From: Ancylonema sp.
Taxonomy: Eukaryota
DNA length: 64,000 nt
Assembly: GCA_050230475.1 (NCBI GenBank)
Contig: JBFLGF010000029.1
Coordinates: forward strand, 1-64,000
Reading direction: 5' to 3'
Both the position numbers and the translations under genes were made by a program. Position 1 is the first letter of the stretch, and each line of letters begins with the position of its first letter. The notes beneath the pieces were generated by a model. The model did not search any database. It was not told the origin of the DNA and saw only the letters and a list, made by a program, of their open reading frames with translations. Below are positions 13,088-25,687 of the stretch, one piece after another.

Positions 13088-13774
13088 CATAGTGGGTCCC
13101 CGAGCCGGAAAATATGCGTGCCGGTTCGGAGCCGGGCTCGCAAAATCCACGAGCGGGGCGGAACCCACAGGAAAAAAATTAAAAAACAATTGGTAGCCCC
13201 GTCCCCCGCTAAGCGGTGGACTATTGTCCATGTCTAGTACTTTTTCATAATACTTTGTATGCCGTCATTATCCCGTCCCCGTTCACAATTCCCCCTTGTC
13301 GATTGCAAGCTATAATTTTGTCGTTTAGCACGTCTCCCGTTCATCGTAATTTTCCGTACCATCGTTGTCCTCCCATTCCATCGTAATGTGTGACACTCAT
13401 AGATTCAGTTTGTCGTTTGTGCCACAGAATCTGTTTTTTAAGAAATCCCGCATCTGACGGGTGAGCGTTGTTCACCGCCCCGTCCCTCCCCCAGATGTCG
13501 TCCGATTCCCGGAATGTCAGAAGATCTTCAAGATTCGGTACATAATCTTTCAGTTGCCAAAAAAAAAACCGATCTCTTGAGTAACCATCAGAATATGGTT
13601 ACTATGTCCGGGACATACTGCCCGAAGTATCGGTAGCTAGTAACTACCTGCTTGGCACGGAAAGATTTTTACTTGGTCGCATTTCGATGTTTCGTTTTTG
13701 CCAGGCGGCTCGCGGACGCGCGCCGGCTCGGAGCCGGGCTCTCAAATTCAGCGAGCGGAGCGCGACCCACTATG
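13088..13774. mobile_element. hAT-type MITE (CATAGTGGGT TIR family), copy 1
   Basis: TIR CATAGTGGGTC and full-length similarity to 34162-34826 and 62031-62738. Confidence 0.82.
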
Positions 13775-14557
13775 CCCACCGCACCGCACCGCACCCCCAC
13801 CCACGTCTAAACGGCTTGCACTTTTTTTAAACGCCCGATCACTCTTTGCTTCAAAATCATGCTCATTGCGAGATGACCCACTCCGTATCTAGACGTCACG
13901 GATGTTTACCACACTATAATAGATATTCCGAACGACCGCATTGCATCCGATCGTCATTTCATGTGCCGATAAGCAAGCCATGAATACACCACGATACTCT
14001 CACCGCAATGCCACGTCACCACTCTTTATACTATGTTAGAGTGTAGCGAGAGTGCTCACACTTCGGAATACATAACAAAGGTCCGACCTTTGGATATGTA
14101 AATACGCATCCCCTCTCCGTATGCTATGGCTTAATCGTACCCATACACCTACGTCCGATCGGACACATCGTATCCGTGGTCGCTGCCGCCGCAATCTCGA
14201 TTATCAACATTGACTAAATAGGTCATCCTCAGCCCCTTCATCCGTGGTGCTAGATGCAGGCCACGCAGATTGCACTTATCCTTGGCATCTACTGGTTGCT
14301 ATAGTGAACAACTTATAATCTTGTCAGCAACCGCCGGCCCGCTCTTTAGGGATCAAATACACACCCCGGTCCACCCAAGTGCCTACAACCCTACCGCGGA
14401 CCACACTCTAGCGGCGTGAACTATAACCGGGTCATCTCCGGCCGGGACCGTACGGCACTAACGTGCCGCACGTGCGACCTATTATATTGTCGACATCTCC
14501 GGTCCCGAACTCGGACGAACCGGAATTCATTGGAGCGGATTCCAAACTCCGCAGTTC

Positions 14558-14918
14558 CATAGTTGCACGGATTGGCAAATTGAGGTCCCGCTTCCGGACC
14601 GAGGTCCACCCTTCTACTTTAAAATTCCGGACCGGAGATAGTAAGATACTTTCAGTGTTTCTTTCGGAATTCTGAAAGGAATATCGTGGAGAAAGAGAAT
14701 CGGAAATGATATGATTTGTTTATTATTTTGGCTTGTGTATTTTGAAAAAAAAGAAAGAACGAAGTACACCTTGAAAAAAACCCGAAATGTCCATCTCCCC
14801 TCCAAAATTGTCGAGGAGAATGAAGACTCTAAAATATCCGCGGTCCGACCGGATCCCGACTTCGGACCCGGTCTGACCGCGGTCTGAAAAAACTGTCTTG
14901 CCACTCCGTACAACCATG
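14558..14918. mobile_element. hAT-type MITE (CGGACC motif); inverted relative at ~57427-57842
   Basis: TIR CAT(A/G)GTTG(C/T)ACGGA with flanks CGCAGTTC/CGCATCTC. Confidence 0.65.
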
Positions 14919-17900
14919 CGCATCTCAAATCGAGCCTCTCCTTAAATTACAAAACCTCGGAACGGCGGTAGTAGGGTACTTCACGCTTTTCTTTTTTGGT
15001 TTTGAAATTCTACCGTGGAGAAAAAATACGGAAACAATTGATTATATAAATAATTTTTCATTGCGCATTGTACAAAATGACAACAACAAACAAAATAAAA
15101 AAGAAAAGAAAAAAGGATTTCCCGCCACTTTGCTTCCAAAAATGCCGGTAGGGGATACCATACTGGGCACCTTAAATGATTTATAATTTTCCAGAATCAA
15201 TTATTATCGTAATGATTTTTGAAAATGATCTCGGAATTCCGTTAGTTATTATCGATGATTTGTGGTAATGATTCTACGAATTCTTTAGTTATTATCAATG
15301 ATTTTTGGGGATGACAGCGAATTGTAGGAAGTAAAAGCAAAAACATATTTCCTTATTTGGGAATTAAAATTCAAATTATTTGCCTTTATCTGGGTCATTC
15401 TTACATATCTACCGTATATTTTGACGTCACAAGTGCACATGGCAAGCACTCGTTCTAGTCGCGATAACTCGACCGGCCACGATGTTGTCGCCATCCACGG
15501 TCTTATGTTGTCGTGTAGCGCATCTCATCGGTAATAGTTCCCATATCGTGGGACTTTAGGGCCCGATATGTAGTGTCCGACGCCGTTCATATCGCTCGTC
15601 CAAAAATGTGTCCTTTTGCACGTTCTTGCTTTGTCGTGTAACCCGTTTCATCACATCTATAGTCACATCCAGGAGAACCCGAATCTCTTGTAAATGATTC
15701 CTAAAAACCCTTCATAACCGCGAGGTCCGTCCAAGTCGAGAGCTCGGACCACGGCATGTGTTGGTTCCAACATATGGTGAAGTTGTGCTCCAAGATTCGA
15801 ATCGTGCCGGTCCATGAAAATATAATACCGCACGCGTTCTGCACATGTGTTGATGGGAAGATGTGTTTTAGGACGAAATAAGCACTACCCGATCATGGAT
15901 TTATGAGAATTTCATAAAAATGAACAAACAAAAACCATAGAGTAAAAAACTACGATTTCGTGTCACCTTTCGGGGGTAACCCCTCCCTCAAGTTAAAGTT
16001 AGTGTGGCCCAAAACCTCACTTTCAGGGCCATCTATGCCTTCCACTTTGGCATTTAATTCTTCAATGTTTACGGTGTGTGAATTACAACGGTATGCGCGG
16101 AAAACCCATTCACTCACCAACATACACACTTTCGAATAATAACTCATAAAAAAGACACTATGTTTGTGTCCTTACAGCTTGAAATGACTATTCGTCATTA
16201 TGGTCGCTACTTGTTTGTGTATCTCGTGCAAAGCATGTTAGTAAACATGTATACTAGTCGGTCGTTGAACTGTATTTAAGTTTCTTTGAAGGCCGAAGCC
16301 CGTAGTGATATGTGATCATCAAACCCCTCATTTAAGTTTCAAAAAGCTATGCCGATAAAAGACATGAAGGCGCATGCTGAGCACGTACGGCAACTTTTTG
16401 GTTTTTAATATCGAGTTTGACCTCGACTATAATATTCACCGTGTACACAACTTGCTTTTGAAAAAATCGCTTTGTCAAATAGCGGCACATGTGCAAGCAA
16501 GTGTGCGTCGGATTTTTTTTTGCAGTAACACATTGTGCAAGCTTTGTGAATTCTCGCGACCCACGGCCCACTTGTCTTGTGTCCTCTTGGCAATACCTAG
16601 AGGGATCATAACGAACGCAAGCCACTGACGTATCCCGTGTATCCACATTTTATGTCACATCCGAGTCAATGATGTCTTTCGGCGCGGCAATTCGTTTAAT
16701 TTAACGAAGGAACACAAGTGAGCGCGTCTCGCGCATGATTGCACTAAGTGACCATTTCTTTCCCCTCGAATCCGTTTACAACATGAAATGTTTTGGAAGT
16801 GGGGTAACAAGGTATTTCGGGGGTTTTCTCATGGCAACGCGTAAGTACACTTCCACTACCACCAAATGAGACGGGTATTATTGTTGAAAAAAACCATTGG
16901 AAATAGCGTTTCCGCAACATTATAGTACGTATACCATGCTGCACACCGTACACGAATTTTGATCAATTACTAAAACTCGGAAGTAAACATTTGAATTGAT
17001 TGTAGAAATATAGAGGAAGGAAACTCAAAATCATTAATAAAACCCGGTTTAGGAATTTCCCGTAGAACGGGAAATTCGGGGTCACCACACACACATTTTT
17101 TATCGATCGACATTTACGACTTGAGAACTACTTTACCGGCCCCTCAAGTTCCACACTATGGGAATATACCGATCAGATGCGCTACAACATAAGACCATGC
17201 ATAACAACAAATGGTCGGGCGAGATATCGCGAACTCATACGAGTGCCTGCCACGTGTACTTCCAACGTCGGAAGGAAATGTTTTAAAAAATATTTTTTAC
17301 TTTTATTCCTACAATCCGGAATCACCTCCAAAATTCATTGAGAATAACTAACGGAATCCTGGAATCATTACCAAAAATTATCAATAATAACTAAAGGAAT
17401 TCCGAATTTATTTTTAAAAATCACTACGAAAATATTCAATCTTGAAAAAACAGAAATCATTTACGATGCCTAGTACGGCAATTGGAAAAAATACGAAAAA
17501 CAATACATTTACGGTTTTTCGTGTTCACATTCGCTTATTTTGTGCCTTATTTGAATTTGGTTTATTCCTACGAGTCATAAGCTTTGCAAGACTCATCTGC
17601 ATGATTCGCATACGAGGATTCCCACTACCTATCAACATGATAGACATGAAGGGCGTGTTGTCATAGTTATTTGCATGCTGATTTGCACAAATGAAATCTC
17701 TAACATCACTCTTGAAAATCATTATTTCATAGAAATGGAGATGTTATTACGGAATATGAATTCCAACACACCATATCATAAATATGATATTAATGAAGAT
17801 TTTATTACATAATTCCGATTCCAAATTCGTAGTCATGGATCCATCCCATCATTATTATACTTGCAATCTACATGCACTTGCAATGTAATTAAACTATTCA

Positions 17901-18408
17901 AGAGTACATGTCAAACATCGAGGAGAATCACACATGCTTATAACGTGGTAGTGGGTATTATCACCAATACGAATTTAATAATACATTATCAAGTGCCAAA
18001 TATGTTTAGTTGATTTTTGGTTGGATTGATGCTTCCAAATAACCCATAGCTGATCACATGTCAAATTTTATACGTGCATACAACCTCTCTCAAATAAAAT
18101 CTCGCAGAAAAAACCCTTTTTAAAAAAATGTTCATTAGCCAAAGTCCGCCCCCTCGGTAGATTCCGCCCCTTTGTGGCCAGACGCGCTCGGACTGGGGCT
18201 GATGAATTTTCGCCTGCGAGCAGGACGCAGCTGCAGCTGTTGTTCTGCCACATAACTTCTGTGCCCTTCACCCCCGAAAAAGAAACCTTCGAACTCCTGG
18301 TCTCCTGTAGCACGTACGAAGAGCTTTGCACCACACACAGAACGGCCATAACTTACAAAGCATTGACTTGCCTTTGCACCAACTCTTTTTCTGAGGAATC
18401 TGGTGCAC

Positions 18409-20548
18409 ATGGGAGCTTCAGTTGCTGATGGAATTCGCGGTGGACGGATCCAGCAGTGGGGGAAATGGACGTCGCCTTGCAGAAAAAATCTTACTGTTCC
18501 GAACCAGGAAGTATCGGTGTCGCACATCTGTCAAATGGCACCTCGGGCACGTGACCAGCTTCATCGAAATGAAGTTTGTTGGATAGCAAAGAAAGATGCC
18601 GACCTTTTGGCAAGGTGTGTTTGGACTGTGAACATGCGAATTACTCTGCATCTTTGTATGGGGGAGTGCCAAAAGGAGGCCATCTGGTTTCAAAACCAGC
18701 TGCTGACGTTGCTTACATTTCTTGATTGTGCTCGTGCAGGGAGTTTGGGACATTAGATAGACGCGCCCGTCGCGATTTCGCTCTGCTAGGATCTCGATTT
18801 CAACTGGCAGACGGTAACGCAACCCGAATCTCAGAGCCACGTTGTCCAGATTGAATAACAACCGATCGTGTGACAGTTCCGGGACCTTCAACTTGGTGTG
18901 TCACACAGGGATGGTTGATGCCCGACTCAGGATGCAACGCTTCAATAATGCCGCGCAGGTCAGTACTCGAACCTCATTTTCCCCATTTTTCTGCGCTTCA
19001 TTCCCCTCACCCGTGGTGTTCCAGTCCGAATGGTACTGCTTCCTGGATCTCGCTGGGCTGCAGTGCATCTTATGGCTACTCCAAAAATAGTGGTGCAGGG
19101 GTTGGAGGAGATTGTGAGCGATCGGGCTGCGCGGCATTGGAATGATGGTCGGCTTGACGTAAGAAAAACAGAGTTCGATTTGGAGGCGCGTAGGGCGCAC
19201 TCAATCCCTCAACATGACATAGTTCATAGGAGTTGTACGTTGAGTGGATATGAGAAAGAATGTCGTGGCGAAAGGTATCAGCTGACAGTCAATGCTTTGC
19301 CAGGAATCACAGGTTGGCTCACAAGTTTGATTATCTTGGTCGATCCCGAACTGTGATCCCGACTCTAATATCCGATGGGATGGCGGGTCCTGTTCAGGTT
19401 GATCTCCGTATGGCAGACCTGAGAGCTCGACGACGTGCTCTGGAAGACTCCTTCGTGGTGGTCTGGGTAATGATTCTCTTCACATGCTTTCACAGAATGT
19501 GAAACGTGACACACAGCCGATGTGCAGTCATTACAATGACCAATGGGGATACTGTTGTGCCTGCTGCACTGCTCCAGATTGTTCAGCGCGCCCATCAGGC
19601 GTTGGTGGACCTCGTGAGGATACGGTCAGCACTCTCAATGGCCCAGGGCAAGGGCGACCTTGCTGTTCCCATGGGCCACGTGTCATCATGGTGCGTTCTG
19701 CTCGTGGCAGGTCTGAGAGCGCGGCAGAGGTCGATCGCGGTGCGCAGCCGTCCCAGCTGTCCTTTGAAAGATACAGTAGCCGTCAGCGGAGGCAGCTGAC
19801 ACTCGAGGTGGGTGTGCAGAACACCAGGTGCATCAACTGCTTAACATGTTGGACCCACAGGATTTTGATGCTATCCCATGGAAAACTGTTGTGTAGTCTC
19901 TGTCCAATTGATGAGCGATGGCATCTGTGGCCTCCTGTGGTGCAGGAGGCGATTGGAGCGCTGACCGTGGATCCATCTGACGTGGAGGGACTCGATTTCG
20001 CAGACTCGGATGAGGTCAGCTGGAAACTTTGTGACAGCATACCTGGAAGCTGCCACCTGTCCCAGTGCAATGATACCCGTGGCACTTTTTGTGTTGTCCA
20101 GCTGTCACTCATCGTTTCCGCCCTGGTGGACCTGGACGAGGTGGCAGGGGCCAGCGGCGCCACCCTCATTAGGGAGGCCGTGGAGTCCCCCAACCCGTCC
20201 ACAAGGCAGGCGGTGGCAAATGCGCTGGCGAATGCACCCTCACTCTGCGCACTCGGCAACGCGGGGATCGGTGCTCTTCAGGTACCACCGCAGATGGATT
20301 ACTGTGGCTGCTGCCATTCTTCATTCGTCATGTGTCATTCTTCTTTCTTAATTCTTTATTTGGGGTCCATGAGACCCCTACTCCCAATCTTTTGTGGTGT
20401 GCAGAGGCTCACAAAGGACGTCAATCCTGTGGTAGCAGAGGCGGCCACGTCGGCCCTTAGAGATCTGGAAGGGAGATGGACGGAGGAGGAACCCACATCT
20501 GCTCTGTTCAGGAAATTGAACAACAAACCAGGACCCAAGGAGGAGTGA
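18409..20548 (+). CDS. Senescence-associated chloroplast protein OSA15/AAF-like; exons approx. 18409-18614, 18740-18813, 18909-18958, 19099-19158, 19398-19466, 19578-19624, 19711-19807, 19946-20014, 20102-20281, 20405-20548
   Basis: Spliced peptides LDRRARRDFALLG, AARHWNDGRLDVDLRMADLRARRRALED and TRQAVANALANAPSLCALGNAGIGALQRL match the AAF/OSA15 family as I recall it. Introns are GT-AG and in phase. The start codon is uncertain. Confidence 0.82.
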
Positions 20549-21933
20549 AACATTCTGCGACGGTTGTATATGGTGAAATATGTTTGTGTCATGAGTAGGG
20601 TTGGATGCAAGATGTAGATGCGTGGTGCTGAACATTCCCTCTGGAACCAATACGGGCTTGTGTATGTGTTACGGATCGCCACATACGTGTCTAGCCATAT
20701 CTGTACATATGTCAAGGCTTGTTTGTTATTTGGACAAGCACCTGTTAGAGTGACAATAGAGTCGTATCACGAATTGACTACAACAATTAAGGATGGTTCT
20801 GTATTGCCAACATCATCTGAACCCGTTGCCCGTCTTTGTAAACGGATTTGTATTATGGCGCTTTCGATTTCGTACAAGGTTGGATATTACAATCGTTGGA
20901 GACTTTGTGCACAACAAAGCTTCGTAGTCGTAAATAGCGACGTGGACGCCACGCCCAGACCAAACTGTGGGTCGTTGGTTGGCTGGACCACAAATTCGGA
21001 TATGTTTAGCGTTTGGGACCTAGTCTCGAGGAGAAGGGGAATCGCTACACAAGAAACAACGATTTTTACATGGAATATATCACTTGATTTGTTGTGTCGC
21101 CAATTAATGATTGTATTGGTGATTGGAGATGATAGACTCGACAGCACGCGATACTTGTTATCATGGCTAGGAGTACTTGCTTCTGAGAGCTACAATGCTT
21201 TGTGTGCGTCATTCCTTAAGGCTCGGGTGTAGCCAGTTGAGTCTTGACATGTTTTGTATGTGACGACATGGACCATAGTTGGGTCCCGCAAACTGGCCAA
21301 TTGCCATACAATAAGATTCCTTGTTTCCACCTACGATTTGTTACACAATATGATTACGCATGTCTTCAACACTTGTTATGCGGCACGATCATGCCGGCCA
21401 CATGCCCAACCACCCTCTCTTTATGGTAACACCGCAGAATCGGCCCTATCGGGAAGGCACCTCGGTTGTATCACCAAGCAATAACAATGTATCTCTTTAC
21501 TAACACCCCGTACTTGCGTTGGCGCTCCTTGAGAAAATATAAAAAGCATCAATATTCATTGACGATTTTCTTGTGCTACTTTGGTATTGGAGAGTTTCCA
21601 AGTCAAACCCCACCAATCTTCATGAGTGGAGATTCAATCCAATAACCAAACGTGATACTGATCTCAACTACATGAACCACAAAAGTGTGTCGTCATACAA
21701 TTTAGTGTTGTTCATAGATACATTGACAAAGCGTTTCCGATTCATCTTGATATCGGACTACCTAGCATGAAAAAGTCCTTGCATTCGTCTATGAGCCACT
21801 CCAGACTCGAGCTGGGGCTCTTCAACAATGACTTCGTCGTCCTTTGTATAGTTAGCATCCTACATTAAGAGAGTGCCAGTACACGCATTTACCATTATTA
21901 AAGTAATTTTGCAGTAATCACCACCACCACGTC

Positions 21934-24016
21934 CTAATTCACAACATCTACGACGAGCCGACGCGACTTGATGGGCGACCACTTCCATCGCTTGTAGTAG
22001 ATGGCGGTGAGGTAGACGAGGGAAAGGACAAAGATCCACTTCAGACCCATCTGCAAACAGCAGACCCACACCTGGTCAGAACCTTCCTCACTAACCACAT
22101 TCCCATTATTTCTGTGACGCCAATAGCTCACCAGTTTTCGGTCATCCATCTCTGGCTCTGCCGCCCAAGATAGGAAGGTAACGACGTCTTTTGCCATCTG
22201 GGACTCGGTGGCAGGAGTATCATCCTCGTATTCTGCCCCCCCGTCCATGAGCATCTTGGGCATGGCAATAGCGCCGCCCGTGAAGTAGGGGTTGTAGTGG
22301 AGACCCTCTCGAACCTGCACACGGATCAGGACAGTGGGTACGTTCACTTACAGGGGTGGAATCATCGTAAACCAGAAGGTTTGGAGGGTCATCTGTTGAA
22401 CCACAGACACGGTGGAACAGGTCCCAGGGTCATGGTGTGACGTACGTGGATTCCCGCAGGTGTTTCGCGGTATCCTGTAAGGAGGGAGAAGACGTAGTTC
22501 TGCCCGTTGTGACGAGCCTGTGGTAAAAAAGAGATGGCACAAGGGATAGAGAAACAGTCAGGAAGGGGAGAGCACAGGATGAGGTGGTACAGACAACGAC
22601 ATCGATTCCTGAGCAGACTTTGCGAATCTAGATGTAGGGGATCACAGCATGCATAGGATCGGAATAATGATTACACTACACGTGATATGTTTTTTTTAAT
22701 TTACAACAATCACTTGCAAGATCTGGGACTGAACTGTTACTTGAGCACATGAAATCAATAAGGTTCAGTTGGGTTCAGAAGTCAGCAACCCTGCCAGCAT
22801 TACCGATCGGAGCCATCGAGCCATCGTGTGTTCCTACCTTGGTGATGAGTGACAAGTCGGGTGGATATGCACCTCCATTTGCCGCTCGGGCCGCAGCTTC
22901 ATTTGCATAGGGGCTGGGGAGGTGATCGCTGGGTTGACCCGGGCGCAGAAACATCTCTCCCTCGTCGTTTGGTCCATCTTCCACCTCTATCTCCGCAGCC
23001 ATCGCCTTGACCTCCTCCTCTGTGTATGCCACGCCGATGAGGTCGCGGTATGCCACCAGGGACATGCTGTGGCAGGAGGCGCACACCTGCTGATAAACCT
23101 GATGGCCGCGGCGGATGGAAGCGTGGTCGTAGGAGGCAAGCAGTCCGTGGTGGGACCAGGGGTAGTTGGGGGCCTGGAGACCATGTTCGGCTTCATCCGC
23201 ATGTGCGATCCCAGCGAGGCCTACGATAGCTGCTGCGCTGCCGCCTAGAAGCGCGAAAGATCGCAGGATGCGACCTCCCGTGTCCTCCGCCTTATCACCT
23301 CCAACTTGAGTGGTCGCAGGGATCAACTGGCGCATAGGGTTCGGGGTAAGGGTTAGGGAAACGGGGGTTTTCATTCAAAACAACAGTCCTCATCATGACA
23401 CAAACAGAAGACGCTTTTTAGTTCATCGAAATATTGTCATTGATTTCCACCAGCCACCCCGGCGGAGAACTCGCATGCACTTGCGACTAACTTCCAGACT
23501 GAAGACTGGTGGCACTCAGCAGGTCGCAGGAGGTACGGTATCCAGGGTTCAGGCTAATGATTTAACATCAGTGTCATGAAAACTTATACAGGGGGCTGAC
23601 AGACATTGACAACAGACTCGTGGCAAGATAGCATTCAATTCAGGGGACTACTAGCTTCACAGTGTCGCCTTTTCAGTACGCGAAAAGCGGCAGGCAAACA
23701 GAGTGGACCAGTTGCATGATGACCAAACCCTCACAGAACACCATGAAGATCCATCTTCTGTACCCACTAACTGTGTAATGCCCGCGCATTGAGAGAAGAT
23801 GGAGACTTGTGCTTTCAAAATGGCTATATGCACTACCGGACCTAACGATTTGTGGCACAAACATAAGAGCTTAATACATTATAGCACGTTCTCATTCATA
23901 CCGCGAGAGACAGATAGGTGTACCTTTCCCACTGTTTCCTGGGTGGATGCTTTCAGTTTCTCCAGTCTCTGCGGTTTTAGTGCCGCCCGAGCAAGGGCAG
24001 CTGTGCGTGTAAACAT
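21934..24016 (-). CDS. CYC1: Mitochondrial cytochrome c1; firm exons ~23304-22838, 22517-22446, 22314-22132, 22050-21934; probable first exon 24016-23924; intervening 5' exon(s) unresolved
   Basis: Heme motif CASCH, plus [36 protein letters not shown] and the C-terminal membrane anchor ending [22 protein letters not shown] looks like a mitochondrial presequence. Confidence 0.93.
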
Positions 24017-24174
24017 TTTGAAGCTCGTGAAAGTCCTATTCGCGGCACTATAACTCCTGATCGCACCTGCCTGAGGCACGGGGAGCGCACGAGGGTCTGG
24101 CTACTTGCGCATCCACCTTTCTATTTTCATGGCCCGCTACCTTGATGGCTCCTTGCGAATGAAGACCCCCCACC

Positions 24175-25138
24175 TAGTGATCGGCGAGCCCGCGATTCCA
24201 CGGGCTCCGAGCCCGACATCCTGATTTTGTTCGCCGACGGGCTCGGAAGGCCGACGGGCTCGCGATTTTCGGGCTCAATGGGCTCCGGGCTTCGACGGGC
24301 TCGCCACACGGGCTCCGACGCGCTCGGATGGGCTCGGATGGGCTTAAACGGGCTCCGACGGGCTCGTTTTATTCGCTTTCAAGCTGTAATATTATCTTCA
24401 GATTCAGCACAACGTGTTTAACGCCCGTGATATTCCCCAAGACAACCCGAAAAATACAAAAAAACCCATTGGAGGCAATAGACCATAGTGGATTACTGGC
24501 CCCTCGAAGTAGTATCATGTATTCATCAAGTTTATTACCCCTTCCTTTTGATGCCTTGAGTTTTTCCGATTCTTGGTATACCCATTTATCAAAGTAATTT
24601 CCCTTGAGATAAAGTACCTTGGTGTGATTCTCATGTCGTTAGGCTTCTCTACCATTAACTATTTACTAACTAATAGTGGATGTATAAACTTCCCAATTTT
24701 TGGGCATTCACTCTCGTTGAGGTGCTCGTGTGTGTGTACGGAAATGCATGATTCGGTTCTATGAAGGACATGTCACACATGAAACATCATGCGTCATTAA
24801 ATGACTTGAACATGTAAATTTGTACTCATATAAATCACAAATGTTGTTTACACAAGCATCCATATGGACCGAGTTGGGGCCATCGGCCTTTTTTTTTTTT
24901 TTTTTTTTTTTTGGGGTGGTAATCAATCGAATGATGCTCCAAAAATCGGAGCCACTTTTATTCCTCTAGGGAGCCCGTCGAGCTCGTGAGCCCGTTTTCA
25001 GCTCGTCGGGCTCCAAGAGCCCGTTGAGCCCGACGAGCCCGTTTGGGCTCGTGTGTACGAGCCCGTTTTAAGAGCCCGTCGGGCTCGCGAGCCTGGATCC
25101 GGAGCCCCGGGGTTTTGGAGCGGGCTCCCCGATTACTA
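24175..25138. mobile_element. hAT-type MITE (GAGCCC/GGGCTC subterminal motif)
   Basis: TIR TAGT(G/A)ATCGG(C/G)GAGCCCGC and 8-bp TSD CCCCCACC (24167-24174, 25139-25146). Confidence 0.85.
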
Positions 25139-25146
25139 CCCCCACC

Positions 25147-25596
25147 TAGGGTTGGCGACACCGCCCTACCGCCCTACTCCCTACCGTTTCACCGCGGTAG
25201 CTATCGATGCTCAAATATGCAGTAGGGGGTAGGGAAATTAGCCCACTTGCGGTTGGCTCGGTAGGGGATAGGGCGGTAGGAAAAAATCGGTTGGGACCGG
25301 TAGGGAACGGTAGGGATCGATCGGGAACGGTCGGGAACAGTAGGGAATCGAATATTTCCGGTACCTTTTTTTTTGGGTCGCAAATTAGATCTTTGACTTT
25401 ACGCAATAAACAAAATCCCTACCGTTTCCTACCGCTCCCTACCGTGTCCCTACTGATTTCCCTACTGCCTACCGCCGCCCTACCCCCGACCGATGCCCAG
25501 CCGGACTGAATCCAAAATCGGTAGGAAGCAGTAGGGGGAGAATACCGTGGTAGAAACCCCCTACCGCGGGCCGAAAAGGCGGTGTCACCAACCCTA
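25147..25596. mobile_element. hAT-type MITE (CCTACC/GGTAGG subterminal motif)
   Basis: TIR TAGGGTTGG(C/T)GACACCGCC, flanked by CCCCCACC and CCGCCACC. A partial inverted copy lies at ~50620-50819. Confidence 0.85.
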
Positions 25597-25687
25597 CCGC
25601 CACCTCTCGGCTCCTAGCTCATACCTCCGGGTGGAGCGGAGGGGACCCCCTCGTTTTTCCGATTTACCCGTCCGCTGGGGGGACACC

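Noticed and set aside
19484..20548. 354-aa continuous ORF
   Set aside because: Reads through several in-frame introns of the AAF/OSA15-like gene; not a separate protein.
20618..21232. 204-aa ORF downstream of the AAF-like gene
   Set aside because: Lies in probable 3' UTR/intergenic DNA with no family motif.
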